In this document: positions 50,001 through 61,809 of the stretch, one piece after another
Layout of the letters: each line of letters starts with the position of its first letter
Numbering within the stretch: position 1 is the first letter of the stretch
From: Protoeuglena noctilucae
Lineage: Eukaryota
DNA length: 64,000 nucleotides
Assembly (NCBI GenBank): GCA_958009085.1
Contig: OY253670.1
Coordinates: forward strand, 992,001 to 1,056,000
Direction: 5' to 3'
Notes under the pieces: generated by a model
Database searches by the model: none
Told to the model about the DNA's origin: nothing
What the model saw: only the letters and a program-made list of their open reading frames with translations
Translations under genes and position numbers: made by a program

Positions 50001-50685
50001 TCGACCTAAGACGTGGGTAGCACCCTAATCCTGTACCCACGGACCCATGAAAACACAGGGTCTCATAGCTCGGGTTCTTACCCCTTGGCAACTCTCGCTT
50101 CGCCGCCTGCACGCAGGCTGAGGCACATGGTGAGCGACAAGTTCCAAGTGCGGTCGACGGGGCCCATCAATCCCCTGACGAGGCAGCCCATCAAGGGCCG
50201 CAAGCTGGGCGGAGGCATCCGGTTGGGCGAGATGGAACGTGATGCACTGCTGGCCCATGGGGCAGCGTACGTGCTCCACGACCGCCTCCATACGTGCTCC
50301 GACTACTCGACCCTCGACGCATGCGCCTCTTGCGGGAGCATCCTGTCGCCCGCGCACGTGCCCTCTGGTGAGACGCGGCGGCTGCTGGGGCGGCCACTGC
50401 TTCGCACATCGCATGCGGGCCGGACGCGGCTTGGGCCACAGCAGCGCATGTCCCCGGAAAGAGAGCGTTGTCCGATCAATTCTTCGGTGATATCTGCTTT
50501 CAGAGATTGCGAAGTCCGCCCCGGGACTCCACGTGGCCCACCCGGAGATCCGCGGCACTCTGACGTGCACCGTGTGCCAGAACACCGCCGGCGTGTGCCG
50601 CGTCGCGATCCCTTACGTCTTCAAGTTCCTCGCCACGGAGCTCGCGGCCATGAACATTCGAATGAAGCTCGACATCCGCGGATGA
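44011..50685 (+). CDS. RPA2: DNA-directed RNA polymerase I second-largest subunit
   Basis: [122 protein letters not shown] and a C-terminal Zn ribbon. TGA at 50683-50685. Confidence 0.96.
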
Positions 50686-50765
50686 GAGCCCCTAGTCACC
50701 CAAGTCAGTCGTTCAGTCATCACGACACGCGCACCGCAACCCGCCCTGGCTCGTGCCTTTCCTTT

Positions 50766-53700
50766 TCAGCCGTGGGAAGGCCCCGCCTCCCCGCGCACGT
50801 GGCGTCTGCGTTCCCTGAGCATCTTCGCCCGTTCCTGCTGCATCTGCTTGAAACCCTCGCCGTCCATCTTCATGTCGATGCGCAGGGGACCCGGGCCACC
50901 CAGCCCCGCGGGCTGCCCCAGGGTCTGCATCCGCGGGTCCGCCATCGTGATGCGGACCCGGCCACCCTCCGCGCTCCAGTCGCTTTGTAACGAGCACTGC
51001 AGGGGTGGCACCGCAGGCCTGCGTCTTGCCACAGGGTGCCATGCCGCAGCCACGGCTTCTCTCCGAACCAATCCACCTCCACAGGCATCAAACGATCATC
51101 ATATTTCACCAGGAAGTCGATCGTCAGCATCCCATCCGACTTGACCCAGAGCTCCACGCCGCTCCTGCCGCACACCAGCCGGCCGTCACAGTCGTAAAAG
51201 GACAGATCCGCCATAGCCTCCTCAGCCACGAATCGATCGATCGCCTCGAATATCTCCACGCGGTCGACGAGCGCCTCCCATTGGTACTGCTCCGCGAGTG
51301 CAGCGGCCGAGAGAGGGCGTGCGGGGACCCCCGGGGCACCACCGCCGCCCTCTGCGTGAGCTCGAGCGGTGGGGACGACCAATACCGGCGCCACTGCCGC
51401 CTACGTTGGGCACGGAGCGCCGCAACGGTCAGTGGCTATCGCAATACAACCGAACGGCAGCAGCCATCGCTTGCTCGCTCTGGGTCACCCAGAAGCTGGA
51501 GGCGTTGACGCCATATCGCCGTCCTAATGTGTTGGAAGCAGAGACGTCCGATGCGTCGAGCACCATGCCTTTGAAAGACCGGAGCTTGATCTTGCTATAG
51601 GGAGGCGCGTGCCCTTGGCCCACCGCACCCGGAGCCTGCGGGCACAGCAGAGGGCAGGATAAAGCACGGCAGGGCAGGGCACGGCAGGGCAGGACAGAGC
51701 AGGATAGCGCACGGCAGGGCAGGGCAGCGCACGGCAGGACAGCGCAGAGCAGGATAGAGCGTCACACCTGCGCCCCGTGCCCGGTCCTGGGCTCCCTCAT
51801 GAGCCCCATGGCAGCCTCGAGACGGCCTAGCCATGCGCCGGTAATCGTGCATATATCCATGACCATGACGAGCATCGTCTCGTCTTCGTACTTGTGCACT
51901 TGGATGGGACCATGCGAGGAGCTCTCAGGGACCTCCCTGAGACTCTGGGACACGGGGATGGGCGACGACGGCAGGAGCAGCTCGTGATGTACGTAGGCCA
52001 TCAGTCGCGGGGTGTGGGGGTCGGGCGGGTGGGCGGCAGCAGCCGGCCTGGCGTGCGCCCTCCCAGCCTGGCCAGGCTCCCCACCAGCTCGCAAAGACTC
52101 CCCTAGCGCATCTCTCAGGGACTGCCACGTGCCATTGATGCCGCTGTTCCCACCCTCGGCATCTTGGGAACCCACAGCAGCAGCCTCCGTGTGCGAGGGC
52201 CCTCCGGAGGGGCCACCATGAGGGCGGTCGTCGAGCCAGGGGTAAAGCCCCGTCACGTGGGAGAGCAGCATGAGTGCGGCATCGTCCTGGGGCCGGGAGA
52301 GGGACGGGGAACGTGGAACTGAGGTGAGGATCAGTGACTCTCGGGCCCCCTCGATACCGCCACGGCTGTGTGATGTGAGCGACCACGCTCACCTGTGGCC
52401 ATGCGAAATCCCTGCAGTCGAGCACCGGGAAGCGGCCCCTGCCACACGTTGCCACGACCGTCACGCGCGTCTCCGCAACTGGCGCGTCCTGCCGATGCCT
52501 TCGCGCCCTCCTTCGCCGCCCCCGGCCGCTGCCGCCGGGGCGGTCACCGGTAGATCCTGGGCTCGCCTCGTCACCGCGCGGCTGCCAGATCGCGTCGTTC
52601 CTGGACCGCATGCTGAGCCTGCTGCGCTGGTGCGACGTGGCCGACATGAGCCACGCCGGGGGCTCGAAGTGCAGCCACACTGACTGGGGAAACCGCAGGG
52701 GGTTCTCGTTCAAGGGTATGACCTCGTGGCGCAGCACCCTCCCGGAGGCGTCGGTCTGTCGGCAGTGGAGCTCCCAGCCGGTAATCTGGTCGACGGTGCT
52801 CAGCAGGCGCGCCTCGAGACGGTAGGGATACGAGTAGGCCGACTCGACCGTGTCCCTCAGGCGCGCTTCCCAGTCACCCACCCACCCCCGGAGCCGCTCC
52901 GATTGGACCTCTGCGAGAGATGAGACAGCTTGCGCGTAGTCACAGCTGCATGCACTCTCTCGCGGCCATGCTGGAATTGCGGCACGTTTTCTGCTGTGCA
53001 CCTTGCTGAGCGATGATGCGGAGGCCCCACTGCGGGTTGATGCCTTCGCCGACGATCGGCGAGGCTCTCTTGACTTCCCGCATGCACACGCGCCAAAGGA
53101 CTTCCTCCTCGGACTCTCGGGCGGACGGCGTCGCGTGCAGCCCTGGCGACGTCCTGCCCCACTGCCCCTCTGCATCCGACTCCGCCTCGCCCGGATCGAC
53201 GCGGGAGTCGATGCTTTGCGCTGCGAAGGAGAAGTGGAAGTATATTGTAATCGAAAAGCGGGGGACGGCTGGTTGATACCACGCCCAAGGCCCCGCAAAC
53301 TCATCGTGCTCCATCGCACCTGCAGCTGCCGAGAGGAGAGCCTGATAGGCCTGGTCGAGCACTCTCTTCGTGCAGCTCTCAACCTCTGCAATCGGAACAA
53401 ACCTCCGCGGGGCCCGCGCTTCGGAATCTCCGCCGTCGTGGACAGCGTTGCCGCGGTCGCGAGGGAGGCGAATGGCAGCCGCGGGAACGTCCAGCACGCA
53501 CTTCATGCCACGCAGGGCGTCCATGATGGCATCCTTGACGCGCGTGTCGAACACCTTTGCCATGAGACGGTGGCAACGCGCGTCCTGAACAGCTCGAAAG
53601 TGCGGCCCTGTGGCGCCCATCGGCGTGATGTGAGAAGTGCGACAGGTAGGCGCAGACGCAGAGGCGGGAGCCCGCAGCGACGCTCACCCAGCTCCTTTGC

Positions 53701-54018
53701 AGCGATCACGGCCCACGACTCCGAGGAGAGAGTATTTTTGAGCGCGTTCCAGCTCCGGCAACACATTGAAAGCGTTTGCAGCGAGCGCAAATCGCATTGT
53801 AGCATGATTTCGTGAACCAGGTGCTCATTGCTCAGCACCGCCTCGATCGCCGGGTGGGCAGGCTGCGTGGGAAACCCAGGGCGCGATTGCCGGCAAGCAG
53901 TCCCTCGTGTCCAGCGCTTGCGGCGATTCCTCACCTCGCCCACGAAGGGCGTCTCAAACGGCTCATTCATCTCGCTCAGCTGAATGTGATGCGAGCTGGC
54001 TCGGTGGCCATCGGACAT
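50766..54018 (-). CDS. Uncharacterised multi-exon protein with N-terminal F-box-like motif
   Basis: [31 protein letters not shown] resembles an F-box. Compatible splice sites link ORFs 53503-54021, 52940-53620, 51925-53400, 51762-52271, 51429-51623, 50870-51394 and 50766-51071. Confidence 0.55.
51642..51760. repeat. Degenerate pentanucleotide microsatellite (GGCAG/CCCTG)n filling an intron
   Basis: gcacggcagggcagggcacggcagggcaggacagagcaggatagcgcacggcagggcagggcagcgcacggcaggacagcgcagagcaggatagagc. Confidence 0.85.
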
Positions 54019-54242
54019 CACAGCTCACACCTGAGACTTCGTCAGTCGGGGTCGTCAGTAGGGCACCTGGGGCGCCTCCATTTGGTGGGATTGAAGGGGC
54101 TGCTGTGTCATAGCGAGAAAGAAAGGCGTTCTATCTCTCGCTTGTGCGGGGTGTCGCTTCTTCATCGCATCCCTGCAGGCGGGACTTGGTCACCGATTTT
54201 GATCGGGACTTTCCAGTTCAGGCTTCGTCCCGCTCGCCGAGG

Positions 54243-55527
54243 ATGGCGAGCGGCTGTGTCGCGTGGGTGCCTGGAACCCGCGCGGGCGGTGCGGGGCCCA
54301 GGCGCGCGGTGGTATGCGACGCACAGGGACGCGGACAGGGCAGGAGCCGAAGGACAGTGGGGCTCTCGCTGAGTCTAGCGTCGCTGCTGCCGGGAGCCGC
54401 GTTGGCCGATCTCAAGGTCGATCTTTCGGAGGACGTGGTGAGCAATGCGCGCCGTTCGCTCCTTCAGTTGCACGGAGGTCGCAGCAACGACCCATCGCCT
54501 CCTTCCCTCGCCCGTCCTGTCAGGAAGTCGCTAAGCTGAGGCGTGTAACGAGCAAGGTGTACCTGGACATCGGCTTGTGCCCGACGGCGTTCAGATCCGA
54601 TCGGCGACTGGGGGACAAGTCCGCACTCTGCGAGGACCCAAGCCCTGTCGGCCGCATCGTCCTCGGCTTATATGGCGACGCCGCCCCCTCGACCGTCGCC
54701 AACATGCTCACCCTGGTCCGAGGCCGAGAGCTCGTCGGCACCACCTTCCAGCGGTGTGTGGGCGCCTGCGCAACAGAGAGGCAGCCACTCGCAACTTGAA
54801 GACGCGAGCCACGCACCGTACCATGATTGCTTGCAAGCCTCGCAGGGTGTTCCCCGGGGAGTACATCTCGGCGGGCGCACAAGGGAGTCGTCGTTACGGC
54901 AAGGTGGAGGTCAGCGACCGTGGCCAGGCCTTCTCGGGTGGGGACCTCACGTCCTCAACGTCCTTCCTCCTACGGAACACAAGGCGAGCGGCAGCACGAG
55001 TGATACTGCTATACTCTCTCTCCCGTAGCCAGGCGCCCCGGAAAAACGCCTGTACGTCTTGCCAGGCTCACAGCCACGGGGCTCAGCCGCTGTTGCACCC
55101 GCAGGCCTGGGACCCTGTCGCTTGCGCTGGCCGACCCGGTGAATAATGACGAGGAGCCATACCGGGAACGGCCGGGATACGTCCCGCTGGGGTTCGTCAT
55201 CACCACGGGGCCCGGCCCAGTACCTTCCTTGGACGGCCGCACCATCGTGTTCGGGCAGGCGAGTGGCGGGGCGGTGGCAGCGCCCTGGGCCTCCCGACAC
55301 GGGTGCTGGTGTGGTCGATACATCCGCCGCGTGCGTCGCAGGTATTGGAGGGGCTCGGGACCGTGTCAGCCATCGCGGCAGTGCCGGCGTACAACCCAGC
55401 GGCGTCCCTCGGAGCCCTCAACTTCTTGGGGCAGGCCCTCCAGGATGAGCGCGCGGCTAAGGCGCAGAGAAAGTGGGGGACGCCTCTGAAGGCCGTGGTG
55501 ATCACGGGCGCCGGGGAGATGGGCTAG
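54243..55527 (+). CDS. CYP28: Thylakoid-lumen cyclophilin-type PPIase, CYP28-like
   Basis: Bipartite leader with twin-Arg (SRRTVGL...AALA), VYLDIGLCP...DRRLGD...C...GRIVLGLYG, RPGTLSL, FVITTGPGPVPSLDGRTIVFGQ|VLEG and AQRKWGTPLKAVVI. Confidence 0.88.
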
Positions 55528-55863
55528 GATTGGGGCAGATGGGTGCGCGTTCTCGGAACCCTCAACGTGCAGAACCATTCTGTTAGGTTAGGGTCACCCC
55601 CCACACTCTCGCGGATTGTAAATCCATCGACGACATCGCGCCACCAACATCCTTTTGCACGATCCCGCCGCGTTCCGTGTCGCTTTTCCGCCACTAGCAA
55701 CCAGCATCGCGTGGGGTGACTGTGAACCATAGCTTGCGCCGTGCGGGGCCCTCTGAGGTGTGCGCGCTCTATACGCGGCATGGGCATGCGCACGAGACCA
55801 ATAACGAGATTTCGGCATCGCGAGAGCATCGATTCGGCCTCGAATCACGAGGCGCCAAGATCT

Positions 55864-56814
55864 ATGGAGGATCGGCGTGCCGTAGTCGCTCGGTACGTCG
55901 CATATCATGACCACTTCACGGTCGTTGACGTCGGGGAGCAGTACGTGGGCGTGGCGGGGGCTCTGGCCGGCCGTGGGTGGAGCAAGGTGGGTGAAAAAGC
56001 GAGTGTACTGCGCCAGCGAGCTACAGGCGCCTTGAGATCCATCTGATGACGATTGCACTTCCTCACCCAAAGACGTAAACGCCTGACCGTCCGCAGCATG
56101 CGGCTTTCGCCCCCCCGGCGGAGGTGGCCAGCGAGGGTGCGGTGCGCGCCGCGATTCGCCAGCACTTCTCGGAGCGCAGCTGCAGGGCGGACGTGCAGCA
56201 GGTGAGCGTACGCAGGGGGGTTAACGCACGATCTGGGCCCAATCGCAGGACTCACGCCCGCGATCGTTTGCACCGCAGCTGTCCTTGGTGGCGGTGGACC
56301 ACGAGAGCGGGAGGGTCGTGGGCGTGGCATTGGTCGAGCCACACGGCTTCCGGGACGGCAGGAGCGGCGCGCTGTGCTGCTCCGGTGACGACGACGCCCC
56401 TGCGGCGTTCCTGCGCCACCAGGACGACGTGGCAGCTGTGCTGCACAGGGCGAATTCGGCTTACTTTGGCGCGAAGGGGGCGCACGGGCCCGAGGCGGTG
56501 GCCCGCCTGCACCTCGTCGCTGTCGAGCCGGCGTTCTGGGGCCAGGGCATCGGGTCTCGGCTGGTGGAGGGGGCGGTGGCGAAGGCACGCAGCGGAGGGT
56601 ACCGAGCGCTGCTGTCGGAGATGGCGGGCACCGCGTCCCTCCGCGTGGGTGAGTCTGGGGATGTGCAGGGCAGAGCGCACGGTCACCGCTGTCGTGGGCA
56701 ACGGTCCTTGACGGCTCGATCGCAGCGGAGAAGCTTGGTTTTCGGGAGGCGGCGAGGACCAAGGTGCCGTGGTCAAGCGAGGACTGCGTGCTGTTCATCA
56801 AGGAGCTCTTCTAA
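55864..56814 (+). CDS. GNAT N-acetyltransferase (paralog 1), 4 exons
   Basis: LSLVAVDHESGRVVGVAL, motif A VAVEPAFWGQGIGSRLV, motif B ASLRV|AEKLGF. TAA at 56812-56814. Confidence 0.85.
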
Positions 56815-57059
56815 GCAGGGCGCATCTATCCATCCGTTTCTACCCACCAGCCATTGCCAGTGCCAGAGCTAGGGCAGGCTAGCATAGCCCCACAGGATCC
56901 TGGAGCACCAGAGACTCGGAGTTCGCATGCTGATGAATCGATGAATGCCTAGCTGCTTCATCTCGCTTTCAAAGACAAGGGACAATTTGCACACGCTGGC
57001 CCAATCAAGTGCTCTGGACGGGAGGTGCTTGTCGTATATCGTTCACGCGCAGGGTCGCG

Positions 57060-58192
57060 ATGCTCGCGGCTGCCCGGGCTTTCGCGCGCGCCCCGACAAG
57101 GTAGGTCGCGCGCGCCTGCCCCGCCCCGTGCTGACCCTCCCGCACTGCCATGCCGCGGGCGATTGGGTGCCGAGACGCCTCGCAGGTCATATCTCGGGAA
57201 AATGCAGAGACTAGTAGCAGCTAGCGCGCAAGGGGAGCGATTCGCGGCCTCGCGGCTGGCGGGGTTCACGGTCGAGTCCATGGACGACAAGTTCGCCGAG
57301 GACGCCGCGCAGCTCGTCTCGCGGGTGATGGCTGATCATTCGGTTCTCGTGCCTCCACCCGATATCCGGAACTTGATCACCAGCAGCCTCTCCCTGAGCT
57401 TCTACCAGACCCTCTGCAACGAGCCCGTCAACCAGAAGGCGAGCAATGGCTTGGGGCGGGCTCTCGACACCAAAGAATGCTGCCGCAGCGCGTCTGGAAG
57501 CGCTGTGCCACCGCGCTGTGCCACCGCGCTGTGCCTGCGCTCTATGCAGCTGTCGGTCGTGGCGATCGACGAGGCGACGGGCAAGCTGGTGGGAGCGGCC
57601 GTGTCGGAGCCTCACTCTCTCGAGGATCCCGACCTCCCACTGGACCAGCTACCCGAGGAATATCGGCAATACATCGTCAACATTCGTGCGATGATGGGGG
57701 ACCTGCACAGGCAATACTTCGGGACGGAGGGGGCCTTTGCTGCCAGCGAGACGATGCACCTCTTCTTCTTGGGTAAGAGGCTCGCATGGAGCGATGCATA
57801 GAGCACATGCACAGCGCGGTGGCACGACAGCGACCCTTTTCTTTTGCAGCTGTGGATCCCTCGGCGTGGAACAGGGGCATAGGCAAGACGCTCGTCCGAG
57901 AGGCGATAGATCGGGCGCGCGAGAACGGGTACAAGGCCGTGGTGGCAGAGTACATTGCGCCGACGTCGGCACACGTGGGTGTGTGCCGTGCCACAGCGAT
58001 TGAATGAATGGCATGGGACAGGGGCTCTCGACGCGTGGCATGCTGTGTGCCTGGTCCGTATGCGCAGGAGCGTCCCAGGGCTTCAAGGCAGTCGGGCGCG
58101 TGCGGTACAAGGACTTCGAGTTCACCGGGGGAAGGCCCTTTGCATACATCGAGGGGAGCGAGGAGTGCGTGCTAATGATCCGTGCCGTGTAA
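57060..58192 (+). CDS. GNAT N-acetyltransferase (paralog 2), probable mitochondrial presequence, 5 exons
   Basis: MLAAARAFARAPTR|SYLGKMQRL leader, LSVVAIDEATGKLVG, FL|AVDPSAWNRGIGKTLV and SAHV|GASQGF..RVRYKDF. Confidence 0.85.
57518..57825. repeat. 31-bp inverted repeat, arms 57518-57548 and 57795-57825, flanking one exon
   Basis: gtgccaccgcgctgtgcctgcgctctatgca versus tgcatagagcacatgcacagcgcggtggcac (29/31 complementary). Confidence 0.9.
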
Positions 58193-58284
58193 GGCCATGC
58201 CATGCCGTCCACTCAGGGTCCCCGTCGCAGAATCCGTAGACAAGAGAGGTAGTGTTGGGATGTTGCGTGCCAGTTGCGTGCCAG

Positions 58285-61200
58285 TCAGCGCTCCTGCAGC
58301 ACCGAGTCGGACCAGGCCAGCAGCATCTGGCGCCCCAGCTTGGGGAAGTCCGTCACCACGTCCTGCGAACGCGCGAGGTCGTCATTGTTCTAGCGGCCGC
58401 ATTGAAGCGACGCCGCCACCCGACATCCGCCCCTTGCGCCTTTCGTGTCGAGACACGCGTCAGACGACACGCGTCTCGCCTGGACGATGCGCTGGGGGTC
58501 GATGTCGTTGCGGACCAGGTCGAGGATCCGCAGGGCCTCGTCGATGTGCAGGCGGTTGTCCTCCGTCATGGCCTGCAGGAACTGCGCCCGTAACCGCCGG
58601 TCCGTTACCATCAGCCGGGCCGCGTCCTGCGCCGTGTCCGTCAGGTCCATGCCACGGCCCCCGGACCCCTCCCGCGCGAGCGTAATCAGGTTCTCCAGAC
58701 GCGTCCATTGGAACTTCCCGTCCTGGAACAGAACCTGCACCAGACGCTCCCTGCGACACACACGCGCTCGTCACGGTTGTGCACCGGCACACCGCCACAA
58801 GCACAGCCCCGGCTCTTCGAGTCGTTGCATTCGTAAGCTTTTGACTTGCACTCGCCTCAGCGCGGGGTCCTCGTCGGTCAGCAGTCGCCGGGCGATGTAG
58901 GGATACGCCACCTCCAGGAAATGGAACTCGGGCTGCAGCGTCATGCAGATGCCCTCCTGAGTCAGGAGGGAGCGGATGACGAGGGAGTAGCGCTCGGGGA
59001 TGCGGATGGGGTACTGGTACACTGCGGGGACGACGGCGAGGGAGTGTGTCGGCAGGCAGGGTCGGCGACAAGCACGACCTGACACGCAGCTGGCATTGCA
59101 CACGAAGCCCCCGCGGCGCACCGAGCTCGTTGAACTTCTGCGTGACGATGCGGAAGTTGAAGTCGCTGAGGGACTGGCCCAGCGAGTCCTGCCAGATCTT
59201 CTCGAGCGCGGGCACGATGGGGCGGATGTTGGTGCCGGGCGCCAGGAAACCCAGCTTGATGAAGTCGCCGGCCATCTCCTCGTAGTCCTCGTTCACGGCG
59301 TGCACCACGGCATCGATCAGGACCTGCCAGGGACAGAAGGGGCGCGTCGCTGTTCGTCGTCATGAGCCCGCCGGCAGCGCCTGGGCGTTCGTCGCACAAA
59401 GTGTCAAGCGTCACGGCAAGCCCTGCCGAATATGCTCTCACCTGCTTGTTCTGCTGGCTGAGGACGGCCACGTTGCCGAAGTCGACGTAGGCGATGCGGC
59501 CGTCACGCATGGCGAAGATGTTGCCCGGGTGGGGGTCGCCGTGGAACAGACCGAACTCCAGGAGCTGACGGAGGCCTGAAACGACACCCACGCGAATGAA
59601 GTCCTCCACTGCGGGGGCGGGGAGCGGTAGAAGATTGGGTTAGATCCACCGGCGTGCCCGATGCAGCGGCTGGCCATGCATGGGTGGAGGGCCGCGCCGC
59701 GCACCGTTGATGCCGGACTTGCGGATCTTGTCGGGCTCTGTGCACCGGATGCCGTCGATCCACTCCATGACCAGCATGCGCGGCCCGCTGAGGTCCTTCC
59801 GAACCCACGGGATCTTGACTGTCGGGTCCTTCTTGAAGTTGTTGTAGAAGTCCTCGATGTTCTGGGCCTCCAGCGTGTAGTCCAGCTCCTCCAGAAGCTT
59901 CTGCAAGAGGCCCGAGCCCGGCGGGGGGTCGCACAATGCGGGGCCCCCATATGCATTCCCCTCACGTTGCCTTTCGTCAGGCCCGCCACGCACCTGGCCA
60001 AACTCGTCGACGATAAGCTCGGCGTTGCAGCCGAGACGGGAGACGGAGAGGGGGTTGATGAGCCATGCGAGGGAGCGGAAGATGAGGAGGTCCCTCATGA
60101 TGGTGGGCGCCACGTTGGGTCGCTGCACCTTGATGGCCACCAGCTCCCCCGTGCCGCGAAGCGTCGCCTTGTACACCTGACCCAGAGACGCCGCCGCGAT
60201 GGGGCGCTGCGGGAGCGGGAGTGAGGGTGAGGCTCATCACGAAGCGCTGCGAGGTGAGCCCAGGACAGCACATGCGGACACGGCACGGTGTGCCTCTTCC
60301 CTGCTTTGATCTGCTAAGCTGCTATGGGCCGTCAAGTCACCTCAGAGATGCTGCTGAAGACCTCTCCCAGGGGCCGGCCCAGCTGCTCCTCCATAATGGC
60401 AAAGGCCTCCGTGTCAGGGAACGGTGGCACGTCGTCCTGAAGGATGCAGAGCTCCTCCATGTAGTCCTCACGCACTGAGAGAGGGAGGGGGCAACGCCCA
60501 AGCGGATGAGCCACGGATGAAGGCGGGGTTGCGAGACCCGTCTCAAGCACGGCAGCCGTGCCCTGCTGTGCGCAGCACGTCGGTGCCAAGGCCTCAATCC
60601 GTGCCGCTCACCGATGTCGGGCCGGTTGGCCAGGACCTGGCCAGCCTTGATGAAGCTTGGGCCGAGGTTGGTGAGGAGCTCTCGCAGCTGGGCGGCGCGC
60701 CGCCTGACGAGGTCGCGCGTGTCGTCCGCGCCGGTCAGCCGATCGTAGTAGAGACCGAGGAAGTAGGCGCTCAACAGGGCGAACATCTTGACGGCACGGC
60801 CGCCCAGGATGACCAGGTCGACCGGGGACCTGAGAGCGAGAAGCGAGGGAGCGGGACTCGTGAGTGTGCAAGCGCCGCGACGAGACGCAGCGAGGATGTT
60901 GCCCCAGCCGCGCTCCTTCTGGCGCTGCGGCACGCTGTCTCAGAGGTGCGACGCACCTCGCGACCTGCTCCCGCAGGAATTGCGGCGAGTAGCGCGACGT
61001 GATGTTGCACATCCCCGTCTCCATGTCCAGCTCCTCCAGCGTGCCCACGTCCTTATCTTTCCTGCCGAGGAGGGAGCGGGCTCGGAGGTCAAAGGCGACG
61101 CGCTGGGGCCCCGCGGCGGCTATTCATCCACGCCACCTGGTCAACCTCGCCAGCGTCGCCGCGCCACGCAATCCTCGAGGCACTTGCGCTCACGCGTTCG

Positions 61201-61604
61201 AGGTTAGCTAGGACATGGCACTGGACGCGGCCGATCGGTTCGAGAGCCCCCAAGAACGCCCCGCTCGCGGGAGCCACGAGCTGGACAAGGCCAGGCCTTT
61301 CGGGCCCGGGCATCGCACAGGGCATTCCGGGGCGAACCAGCAACGGCGCGATCGCGATAAGCGGATGATATTGCACCACCGACGCGCTTTCCGAAGCGCC
61401 AGGTGCCTCAGCACGACGGCTCGGGCTCGCAGGGCGCAATTCCCACCTGTTCAGCCGCACAGCCGGTTTGAGGGTCGGTGCAGCCACTGCATGATAGACG
61501 ACGTTTCGTAGTCGGCGGGGCGAAGTCGCCGCCTCCCTCCAACCTCGCCGCGTCGTTGCAGGCAAGGAGTGCGGGCTGGGGCCCGCCTGCAGCTCCGCCC
61601 GCAT
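58285..61604 (-). CDS. ABC1K1: ABC1/UbiB atypical kinase ABC1K1 (PGR6), plastid-targeted
   Basis: Transit-like exon 1 ending VYHAVAAP...LNR, LGPSFIKAGQVLANRPDI, AAASLGQVYKA, VAIKVQRP, GLFHGDPHPGN, YVDFG, VYQYPIRIPERYSLVIRSLLTQEGIC and C-terminal LLAWSDSVL. Confidence 0.92.
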
Positions 61605-61809
61605 TTGACGTCAACGGTTTAAGATGAGCGCCCTAACCCGCCGCGCCACGAACCCCTGGGACCTAGGCAAGCCCGCGAGCCAGCGCAACGGGGCCAGCGG
61701 CAGAGGCGGAGAGACGGAGCGCTACTGTGCTCGCGTATAGAGGGATTGCGGATGCAGCTACAGCGGGTGCCGGACCCGCCCAAGAGCTGGGGTGGATTCC
61801 GACGCCGCG

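Noticed and set aside
55583..55594. ttaggttagggt telomere-like motif
   Set aside because: Under two full units, so not distinguishable from chance.
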